A stretch of 64,000 nucleotides of DNA from Bacteroidales bacterium. GTDB taxonomy: Bacteria > Bacteroidota > Bacteroidia > Bacteroidales > UBA7960. Both the position numbers and the translations under genes were made by a program. Below the pieces are notes generated by a model that was not told where the DNA came from, made no database searches, and worked only from the letters and a program-made list of their open reading frames with translations. Positions 1 through 8,057 of the stretch are shown here, in pieces; within the stretch, counting starts at the first letter, position 1, and each line of letters begins with the position of its first letter. The DNA lies in assembly GCA_046291875.1 (NCBI GenBank), contig JBKBSF010000026.1, positions 3,020 through 67,019 on the forward strand, written 5' to 3'.

Positions 1-3000
1 CGATGACAACTCCGTACTGCGCCTGAGCAGTGATGAATCCCCGGAAAATATTTCTACCATTGCCAGTGTGCCTGGCTGGACCCATCCGCGCGAATGGTAT
101 AAGTTTCCGCAGCAAACTTCCGCTCCAGTTTTTCTGGAAGAAGGCCAGTTGTATTATATGGTAGCACTCATGAAAGAGGGTGCCGGAGGTGATAACCTTG
201 CCGTAAGGTGGTTGATGCCCGATAATGTTCTTGAAGAACCTCTCAACGCTTCACATTGCCGGATCCCTTCGGCCCGGTGGCATACCAATTTCTCCATCAG
301 CGCCCAGGGCGAAGAGCTGATCCTCACCCATCCCGATGGCCAACGACTTGATGAAATGCCACCTATGCCCATTCCGGCCAACATCTCTGCAGGCCGGTTG
401 GCAGACTCTGGCAACGCATGGTTCTTGTTTGATCGTCCAAGCCCCGAGCTCCCCAATCCCGGGGAAGGCTTTACAGATATCTCTGAAGAACCCCTTATCT
501 CCCCTGCTTCCGGAGTGTATGCCAGTAATACCCTGGTGAGCATTACTACCAACGATCTGGAAGCACAGATTTACTATACTATCAATGGCAATATGCCGGA
601 ACCAGGCAGTGCAACCCTGTATACCGGCCCATTTATGGTAAATCATACGAACTACATAAGAGCCGTTGCAGTAAGCCCCGGCAAGTTACAAAGCCCAGTT
701 GCTGCCACTATCATTTCTGTGGCAGCAGATGAGATCAGAGAGTTTTCGTCCGATCTGCCTCTTTTAATCCTTCACTCTTTCAATAACCCCATAACTCCCG
801 GGGGCCGCACACCTGCATATATGAGCCTGATTAACAACAACCAGGGAGTAGAAAACCATCTGGTAGACCCTGCTGAGATCGGTAGCAGAATCCTCATCAA
901 TATCCGCGGCACCAGTTCACAAACCTTTCCCAAGAAAGGATATGGGTTTCATAGTGTAGAAGAGAACGATCGAAACCAAAAGCTGCCCCTGCTTGGCATG
1001 CCAGAAGAGCACAACTGGGTATTGCATGGCCCCTATGCTGATAAAACCTTAATGCGCAATGCCTTTTCCTATTCGCTGGGCAACGATTTAGGCCATTACA
1101 CACCACGCACCCGCTTTGTAGAACTGTACTTACATGAAGGATATGTGCAACTCAGAAAACAGCATTATCATGGAGTATATGTGTTAACGGAGAGAATAAA
1201 GGTTGCACCTGGCAGGGTGGAAATAGCCGAAATGGAAACCCATCACAACTACTATCCGGAGGTAAGCGGAGGATATATTTTTAAGAATGACAGGCTAAAC
1301 CCAGGCGAGTCGGGGTTCACAACCTCAAGAGGCAGTCTTTTTGCCCATGTAAGGCCCAACGAACAATCCATCAGCAACCCACAGAAGAGCTATCTTGTGG
1401 CATTCATCGATTCACTCGAACAAGCCCTCTTCGGAGACCAATTTACCGATCCCGACCAGGGGTATGCTGCATTTATGGATGTTCAGTCGTTTACAGACAT
1501 GCACCTGATCACCGAGCTTACCAAGGAAATTGATGGCTATCGGCTAAGCACATTTTTGCATAAGGACCGCCAGGGCAAAGTAAAAATGGGCCCATTATGG
1601 GATTTTAACCTTTCACTGGGAAACGTATACTATCTGCAAGGCTGGAACCCACAGGGATGGTACTACACCCAGATTTCAGAAACAGAATACATGTATGGAT
1701 GGTACAACCGCCTTTTTCAAGACCCGCATTTTTATGATCAATACCGTCGCAGATACCGTAGTTTAAGGCTTACTGCCTTTTCCGAGGCCAACCTCATTGG
1801 CAAGGCAATGCAGTTCTATGATCAATTGCACCAGGCTCGAGCCCGTAACTTTGAGAAATGGAAGGTTTTGGGTACGTGGGTATGGCCCAACTATTTTATT
1901 GGGCAAACCTGGGATGAAGAGGTGTTCTGGATGACAAACTGGATAAAACAGAGGTTGGAATGGATGGATTCGCAGCTTGGTCAACCCTATTCCATGATCC
2001 ATTACTGGAATTTTAACCAAGAAGACTTATTGCAACCAACCTTTACTCTTGCTGATGCCAGTTTGCAGGTAAATGCAGGCATACAAGCAGAAGTGAGCCC
2101 CGGAACAGGACAGGACTTCAATGGCATCAATGCCCGGAACGGCGATGGGGCTGCACAGCATCTGCGCATAAATAATCCCGCGGGTACTGAATTGATTTTT
2201 GCTTTGCCCAGCACCCAATACCAAAATCTTTTGTTTTCATACGAAACCCGCAGATCTGCCAATGGAGCAAACCGGCAAATAGTATCCTATACCTTTGACG
2301 GAGAAAACTACCATGTGCTCGATACATTAACTGTTATCGAAAAACCTGTGCTTCATCACTTTGATTTCAGCCACATTGCCGAGGTAAATGACAATGATAA
2401 CTTCTCCGTAAAAATCTGGATAGAGCAAACAGAAGACGGCAGTGGCGGAATAACTGGAAACAACAGGTTTGACAATGTAAGCCTGGATGGCGAAGCTCTG
2501 GAAGGGGTAAACCGGCCACCGGTACTGATAAAATGGTTCCCCGAAAACATTGAGCTTATAGCCCAAAATCCGGCTTATATTTTAGATTTATCGACCTATT
2601 TCAGCGATCCGGATGGCGATCTCATGCAATATACCCTTGTGGCACCCCAGGGTCAGTTTGTCAATATCAGTAAGAATACTCATGAACTTACCATTCAACC
2701 TTTGAAGGCCGGAAGTGGCAAGCTAAAGATACTTGCCACAGACGGAACCCATCCTCCCCTGACGATTTCGGCCAATATACTTGTATATCCGGATGCGGTA
2801 CTCCTGCAGACGGGAAATTATTTATTCGACTACTGGGACCCCAATGAGCCTGAAGGCAGTTTTCCTGAACACATGATTTTTCTTCAAAGCGAACAGGATG
2901 ATCCGGATCTTGGCACGCCATCCCTGCATGCCTATAACATCCCGGCAGCAGATTATGCATCCGGAGATCAGGGAAATATTGGTTTTCCTTACCGCAATCA

Positions 3001-3673
3001 AAGCAGAACAAGAATAAATGGAATGGGAGCCGATGGCATATCGTTTATCAATACCGGAAGGGGCCGCGATTTGGGTGTAGCATTGCTTGCAATAAATACA
3101 GAAAATGCTCAAAATGTAACCCTTAGCTGGAAGGCTTCTACCATCAGAGCCAATTCGAGGGCTTACCACTTCAGATTACAATACAGAGTAGGCTACCAGG
3201 GGTTGTGGAAAAACTGGACCCATGAGGCCGGATACCCCATTGAATATGTGCGTGCCCCGGTTGCAGGCCATCAAACTTTTTTTGAAGATCTGGAACTTCC
3301 ACCAGATGCCAGAAACAAACCTTATGTCCAGATCAGATGGGTGTACTATTATACCGGAATACAGCTTAATGAAAACAGTGGAGCACGCGACATGCTGGCA
3401 GTTAACAGCATTCAGGTGAAATCTCTTCAAACGGGTGTTGAAACAGAAGGTCAACACCAACACCAAAGCACTTTGACAGCATTTCCGAACCCTACTACCC
3501 ATGGCAGGTTGTATTTAAGCCAAAAAGCATCCGGATCGCTTTACGATATCACAGGGATTATGATAGCACGGTTGGATGATGTGACAAGTATTAACACCCA
3601 CGGACTGAGCAATGGGATCTATTTTTTCAGAAGCGATAGTGGCGAAACCATTCGATTTATTGTATCGCGCTGA
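1..3673 (+). CDS. Secreted multidomain CotH-family kinase (PA14-like, lamin-tail-like, Fn3-associated, CotH, Ig-like, T9SS C-terminal domain); 5' end lies outside the window
   Basis: Frame is open from base 2 (DDNSVLRLSSDE, PA14-like). CotH motifs IRGTSS..FPKKGY, WVLHGPYADKTLMRN, YHGVYVLTERIK and GPLWDFNLSLGN; IYYTINGNMP (Fn3-associated); C-terminal AFPNPT...LYDITG...LSNGIYF (T9SS type A CTD). Confidence 0.85.
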   Translation, partial: DDNSVLRLSSDESPENISTIASVPGWTHPREWYKFPQQTSAPVFLEEGQLYYMVALMKEGAGGDNLAVRWLMPDNVLEEPLNASHCRIPSARWHTNFSISAQGEELILTHPDGQRLDEMPPMPIPANISAGRLADSGNAWFLFDRPSPELPNPGEGFTDISEEPLISPASGVYASNTLVSITTNDLEAQIYYTINGNMPEPGSATLYTGPFMVNHTNYIRAVAVSPGKLQSPVAATIISVAADEIREFSSDLPLLILHSFNNPITPGGRTPAYMSLINNNQGVENHLVDPAEIGSRILINIRGTSSQTFPKKGYGFHSVEENDRNQKLPLLGMPEEHNWVLHGPYADKTLMRNAFSYSLGNDLGHYTPRTRFVELYLHEGYVQLRKQHYHGVYVLTERIKVAPGRVEIAEMETHHNYYPEVSGGYIFKNDRLNPGESGFTTSRGSLFAHVRPNEQSISNPQKSYLVAFIDSLEQALFGDQFTDPDQGYAAFMDVQSFTDMHLITELTKEIDGYRLSTFLHKDRQGKVKMGPLWDFNLSLGNVYYLQGWNPQGWYYTQISETEYMYGWYNRLFQDPHFYDQYRRRYRSLRLTAFSEANLIGKAMQFYDQLHQARARNFEKWKVLGTWVWPNYFIGQTWDEEVFWMTNWIKQRLEWMDSQLGQPYSMIHYWNFNQEDLLQPTFTLADASLQVNAGIQAEVSPGTGQDFNGINARNGDGAAQHLRINNPAGTELIFALPSTQYQNLLFSYETRRSANGANRQIVSYTFDGENYHVLDTLTVIEKPVLHHFDFSHIAEVNDNDNFSVKIWIEQTEDGSGGITGNNRFDNVSLDGEALEGVNRPPVLIKWFPENIELIAQNPAYILDLSTYFSDPDGDLMQYTLVAPQGQFVNISKNTHELTIQPLKAGSGKLKILATDGTHPPLTISANILVYPDAVLLQTGNYLFDYWDPNEPEGSFPEHMIFLQSEQDDPDLGTPSLHAYNIPAADYASGDQGNIGFPYRNQSRTRINGMGADGISFINTGRGRDLGVALLAINTENAQNVTLSWKASTIRANSRAYHFRLQYRVGYQGLWKNWTHEAGYPIEYVRAPVAGHQTFFEDLELPPDARNKPYVQIRWVYYYTGIQLNENSGARDMLAVNSIQVKSLQTGVETEGQHQHQSTLTAFPNPTTHGRLYLSQKASGSLYDITGIMIARLDDVTSINTHGLSNGIYFFRSDSGETIRFIVSR

Positions 3674-3726
3674 TGGGTGCCAAAAATGGAGAAGCCCGGA
3701 TTACACGTCAATAATGCTGCGGAAAA

Positions 3727-3758
3727 TTTGTCATTCTACACTTTTTCAGCTACTTTCG
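3727..3758 (+). promoter_or_regulatory. Candidate Bacteroidota sigma-A promoter upstream of slyD
   Basis: TTTG at 3727-3730, 20-nt spacer, then TACTTTCG at 3751-3758 (one mismatch to TAnnTTTG). Confidence 0.4.
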
Positions 3759-3775
3759 TAGTTAATTATGCAAAG

Positions 3776-3818
3776 GGGCTCTGCTCATAGTCCATAATAA
3801 GCAGAGCCCTGTTTTTTT
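3776..3818 (+). terminator. Intrinsic terminator-like hairpin
   Basis: GGGCTCTGCT / AGCAGAGCCC 10-bp stem followed by a T7 tract. Confidence 0.65.
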
Positions 3819-3844
3819 CACTTTATTTATTTCAAGTATTTAAT

Positions 3845-4342
3845 ATGAGTACAGCAAAAGTTATTTCTCTGACCTATGAATTGCGCTCAGGCGATGGCCA
3901 GGGCAATGTAGTAGAAATTGCGGGCAAAGACAATCCTGCTGAATTTCTTTTTGGAGCCGGCAACCTGATACCTGAGTTCGAAGATCATCTCAGAGACCTC
4001 AATCCTGGCGAAACCTTTGAGTTTATTATCAGTTCCGAAAATGCCTATGGTGAAATCAACCCCGGCGCCATTGTAGATCTGCCCCGCAATATTTTCATTA
4101 TCGACGGCCAGGAAGCCAGCGACCTTCTGGTGGTGGGCAACATGGTACCTATGCGCAACGATCAGGGCGACCCCTTGCAGGGAAAGATCCTGTCTATCGA
4201 AGAAGAGCTGGTAAAAATGGATTTCAATCACCCCCTGGCGGGTCAGGACCTCCATTTCAAAGGTGAGATACTCAATACTCGCCAGGCAACCCCCGAAGAA
4301 GTAGCCCACGGGCATGTACACAGTGGTGATAACTGCCACTAA
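3845..4342 (+). CDS. slyD: FKBP-type peptidyl-prolyl isomerase SlyD
   Basis: FLFGAGNLIPEFE, AYGE, DFNHPLAGQDLHF, and a His-containing tail HGHVHSGDNCH. Confidence 0.92.
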   Translation: MSTAKVISLTYELRSGDGQGNVVEIAGKDNPAEFLFGAGNLIPEFEDHLRDLNPGETFEFIISSENAYGEINPGAIVDLPRNIFIIDGQEASDLLVVGNMVPMRNDQGDPLQGKILSIEEELVKMDFNHPLAGQDLHFKGEILNTRQATPEEVAHGHVHSGDNCH

Positions 4343-4440
4343 ACCAACTATAATACCCCAAAGAGCATAGCATTGAATGCAATATAGGTCAGGGATAAAG
4401 AAAAAATTTCCCCAAAAACTTAAATATTGCAGATTTCTAT

Positions 4441-4448
4441 TACCTTTG
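4441..4448 (+). promoter_or_regulatory. -7 promoter box for the cold-shock gene
   Basis: TACCTTTG matches TAnnTTTG, ~40 nt upstream of the ATG. Confidence 0.55.
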
Positions 4449-4489
4449 CTGAGAATTCAATTTTTATTATTTTTTACTTTTTATTTACA

Positions 4490-4684
4490 ATGAATAACGG
4501 AACAGTAAAATTTTTCAATGAAACCAAAGGTTTTGGTTTTATTAAAGAAGAAGGAACCAACAAAGAGTACTTCGTACACGTAACAGGCCTTATCGACGAA
4601 ATCAGGGAAAATGACAACGTAACATTCGACCTGAAAGAAGGCAAAAAAGGATTAAATGCAGTAAATGTGAAAGTGGTAGACTAA
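4490..4684 (+). CDS. Cold-shock protein (CspA family)
   Basis: MNNGTVKFFNETKGFGFI (RNP1) and YFVH (RNP2); start moved to the ATG at 4490. Confidence 0.95.
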   Translation: MNNGTVKFFNETKGFGFIKEEGTNKEYFVHVTGLIDEIRENDNVTFDLKEGKKGLNAVNVKVVD

Positions 4685-4715
4685 TATCCAAGATACACAA
4701 CTCATTTATGAATTG

Positions 4716-4745
4716 AAAAGCCTTACGATGTAAGGCTTTTTTTTT
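4716..4745 (+). terminator. Intrinsic terminator after csp
   Basis: AAAAGCCTTAC-gat-GTAAGGCTTTT followed by a T tract. Confidence 0.85.
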
Positions 4746-4787
4746 AAACTTTGCAAACCCATTCTGCCATCTCTCCGTTTTCGCACC

Positions 4788-5726
4788 ATGAACATCACCA
4801 AAAAGCATATCAGCTGCCAGGAGCAAAGTATTTTTCTGAATATCTACCTGCCCGAACAAACCCCCAAAGCCATTATCCAGATCAACCATGGCCTGGCAGA
4901 GCACAGCCAGCGCTATCGTGAGTTTGCCACTTTCCTTTGCGAGAAAGGATACGGAGTATATTTCCACGATCATCCGGCACACGGTAAGTCGGCAGCCGAC
5001 CCCGATAAGCTGGGCCATTTGCCATGGCGTGGAGGCTGGGACAGCATGCTTGCCGTAATCCATACCATTAATAAGCAGATCCGAAAGGCTCATCCGCAGG
5101 TGCCGGTATTCCTTTTCGGGCACAGCATGGGCTCACTGCTGGCACGATATTACAATGCCACCTTCCCTATGTATTTTAAGGGAATGATCCTTTCAGGTAC
5201 CACAAACCCAAGCCCTTCAAAACTCAAATCGAGCCTTACTGTGGTTAAATTTATGAAGATGTACCGCAAGTCTTCTTTCAAAAGCCCATGGCTCAACAAC
5301 CTTTTTTACAAAGGATACAGTAAAACACTGCAAAACCCTGCCACCGACTTCGACTGGCTCACCAGCAACCCTCACGAGGTGCAGAAGTACATCGAAGATC
5401 CCTGTTGTGGCTTTCAACTTTCACTGGGCTTTTTCAAAAACCTGCTCCAGGGAACACTTCAAATGCTAAAAACCGAAAAACAATTGCGGTTTCGCAAAAA
5501 TTTCTCCACCCTGATCATTGCCGGAAAAATGGACCCCGTAGGAAACTTTGGAAAAGATCCTGAGATGGTTTTCCAGAAGTATCGCCAGCAAGGTTTCTTC
5601 AGAACTCAGCTACACCTTGTAGAACAGGGCAGGCATGAATTGCTCAACGAACACGAAGAAACGCAAAAGGAATTCTTCCGTGTTGTAGATAATTTTATCC
5701 AGGAAAAACTGCGCGGCCAGTTCTAA
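4788..5726 (+). CDS. Alpha/beta hydrolase (lysophospholipase/monoglyceride lipase family)
   Basis: HGLAEHSQRY, nucleophile elbow GHSMG, GKMDPV, RHELLNE. Confidence 0.9.
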   Translation: MNITKKHISCQEQSIFLNIYLPEQTPKAIIQINHGLAEHSQRYREFATFLCEKGYGVYFHDHPAHGKSAADPDKLGHLPWRGGWDSMLAVIHTINKQIRKAHPQVPVFLFGHSMGSLLARYYNATFPMYFKGMILSGTTNPSPSKLKSSLTVVKFMKMYRKSSFKSPWLNNLFYKGYSKTLQNPATDFDWLTSNPHEVQKYIEDPCCGFQLSLGFFKNLLQGTLQMLKTEKQLRFRKNFSTLIIAGKMDPVGNFGKDPEMVFQKYRQQGFFRTQLHLVEQGRHELLNEHEETQKEFFRVVDNFIQEKLRGQF

Positions 5727-5916
5727 TCTCCCTTTCCTTCCACACCAAAATAATGTTAAAACCAAACCTTTCCTGGGTTTAATTCGTTTGGATTGTAGTA
5801 TTTTCGGACACAATTAGCTCAAGAAAAGGAAAAACAAGTTTTAACCTCCAACAATGCAGGCGTTGCAGTTTTTCAATTAAAAGCAACGCAGGCATTGCCA
5901 ACAAAACAACTTCACT

Positions 5917-7965
5917 ATGAATACCCCATTTCGCTTGTGGGCAGTGCTTTTTATTATGGTAAGCACACCCTGGTTTTTTGTTTCATGCCAGCAGGCAGCC
6001 CCTCCTGCCCCTCCCATTAAGCTTTCCAATATGGATAAGACGGTGAATCCCGGCGACGATTTTTATCGTTTTGTCAACGGTGGATGGCTGATCAACAACC
6101 CCATTCCAGAGGAGTATAGCCGTTATGGATCTTTTGAGCAACTGGCAGAGCAAAATGAAGAAAAACTCCTTGCCCTTGTAAATCAGATCCGCAACGACCG
6201 TACAGCTCAGCAAGGCACCAACCGGCAACGCATCAGAGATTTTTACAACAGCGCAATGGATACCCTTACCCAGACCCGCCTGGGCATACAACCCATAGCA
6301 TTTCTGTTGGATGAGATCGATCAACTCAGCGACCGCTCTCAACTTCCACAGATTATGGCAAAGTTGCATCTGTATGGTATTTCTCCTGTGTTCAGCCTGC
6401 GCTCAGCGCAGGACCGTAAAAATACAGAACAAATGATCGCATCCATTGCACAGGGAGGTTTAGGAATGTCGGATCGCGACTATTACCTCAACCAGGATGC
6501 ACGTTCGGTAGAGATCCGTCAAAACTATGAGCTGTTTATTGAAAAGATCTTTATCCTTGCGGGATACGAAAAAAATGAAGCACAGCAGGCTCGCAGCAGG
6601 GTAATGGATATGGAAACCAGTATGGCAGAAGCTTCAATGACCCGACTGGAGCGACGCAATCCTTATGCCACCTACAACAAAATGAGCGTGCAGGAGCTAC
6701 AGCAGCTAATGCCTGATTTTGATTGGGACATGTACCTGCGGGGTCTTGCCATCAGCATAGATGAGATCAACGTGAGTCAACCCCGGTTCTTCGAAAATGC
6801 CACCAAACTCGTTGCCAGCCAACCCCTGGAAGCATGGAAAAGCTATCTGAAGTGGAATGTATTGCGCTCTTCGGCCCAACATATCGGTCAGGACTTTGAC
6901 GAGGCACAATTCGACTTTTACGGCCGGGTAATGACAGGGAGCGAAAAGCAGCGTGAACGATGGAAAAGAGCGCTGTCAAGCCTCAACTTTAGCATTGGAG
7001 AGGCTCTTGGACAGGAGTATGTGGCACTGCATTTCCCCCCCGAGTCAAAGGAAAGGATGGTAGATCTGGTGGAACATCTCAGAAGAGCCTTTCATCAGCG
7101 CATTGAGCAACTCCAGTGGATGAGCGATGAAACCAAACAGGAAGCCTTCGCCAAACTGCAAGCAATGAATGTAAAGATTGGCTACCCCGATAAATGGACC
7201 GATTTCAGCGAGCTGGAAATAAAGGATCAACCCTACATCCTCAATATCCTGGCTGCCCGAAAATTTAACATCCGGCGCAACCTTGAGGAAATCGGGCAAC
7301 CCGTTGATCGCGATAAATGGTTTATGACCCCGCAAACCGTAAATGCATACTATAGCCCCACCATGAATGAGATCGTTTTCCCTGCGGCCATTCTGCAACC
7401 TCCTTTCTTCTACCCCCACGGTGATGATGCGGTAAATTTTGGCGCAATCGGTATGGTAATCGGCCACGAAATGACCCATGGATTCGATGATCAGGGGCGA
7501 CGCTACGCCATGGATGGCAACCTGAGAGACTGGTGGACAGAAGAAGACAGCCGCCGTTTTGAGGAACTGTCTGAAGTGCTGGTGGAGCAATACAATAATT
7601 ATGTAATGCTCGACAGCCTCACCATAAACGGACGCCTGAGCCTGGGAGAAAATATTGCCGACCTGGGAGGGCTTACCATTGCTTACCATGCCCTGCAAAA
7701 CAAGCTGGCTGAAGATGGACGTCCTGACAAAATTGACGGTTTTACGCCCGAACAACGGTTCTTCATCTCCTATGCCCAGATCTGGCGTAACCATATGCGC
7801 GACCAGCGTCTGATGCAACAACTCAACGAAGGGCCCCACTCTCCTGGTGAAGCACGTGTGAATGGCATTGTTTATAATATGGAAGAGTTTTACAGGGCTT
7901 TCAATATACAACCCGACAATTCTCAACGCTTTATCGCACCCGAAGCAAGAGCAGAAATCTGGTAA
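5917..7965 (+). CDS. pepO: M13 family zinc metalloendopeptidase (PepO/neprilysin-like), probable lipoprotein
   Basis: PGDDFYRFVNGGW, VNAYY, HEMTH zinc motif, GENIAD, HSP; lipobox-like FVSC. Confidence 0.93.
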   Translation: MNTPFRLWAVLFIMVSTPWFFVSCQQAAPPAPPIKLSNMDKTVNPGDDFYRFVNGGWLINNPIPEEYSRYGSFEQLAEQNEEKLLALVNQIRNDRTAQQGTNRQRIRDFYNSAMDTLTQTRLGIQPIAFLLDEIDQLSDRSQLPQIMAKLHLYGISPVFSLRSAQDRKNTEQMIASIAQGGLGMSDRDYYLNQDARSVEIRQNYELFIEKIFILAGYEKNEAQQARSRVMDMETSMAEASMTRLERRNPYATYNKMSVQELQQLMPDFDWDMYLRGLAISIDEINVSQPRFFENATKLVASQPLEAWKSYLKWNVLRSSAQHIGQDFDEAQFDFYGRVMTGSEKQRERWKRALSSLNFSIGEALGQEYVALHFPPESKERMVDLVEHLRRAFHQRIEQLQWMSDETKQEAFAKLQAMNVKIGYPDKWTDFSELEIKDQPYILNILAARKFNIRRNLEEIGQPVDRDKWFMTPQTVNAYYSPTMNEIVFPAAILQPPFFYPHGDDAVNFGAIGMVIGHEMTHGFDDQGRRYAMDGNLRDWWTEEDSRRFEELSEVLVEQYNNYVMLDSLTINGRLSLGENIADLGGLTIAYHALQNKLAEDGRPDKIDGFTPEQRFFISYAQIWRNHMRDQRLMQQLNEGPHSPGEARVNGIVYNMEEFYRAFNIQPDNSQRFIAPEARAEIW

Positions 7966-7980
7966 AAAGTAACCATAAAA

Positions 7981-8025
7981 AAAATAAGGCTGTATGAGGA
8001 ATATTTCATACAGCCTTATTTTTTT
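7981..8025. terminator. Bidirectional intrinsic terminator between convergent pepO and M6 protease genes
   Basis: AAAATAAGGCTGTATGA...TCATACAGCCTTATTTT inverted repeat with A/T tracts on both sides. Confidence 0.85.
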
Positions 8026-8057
8026 GCACCATCCTTTGCTTTAGGTTGCAAAGAGTA

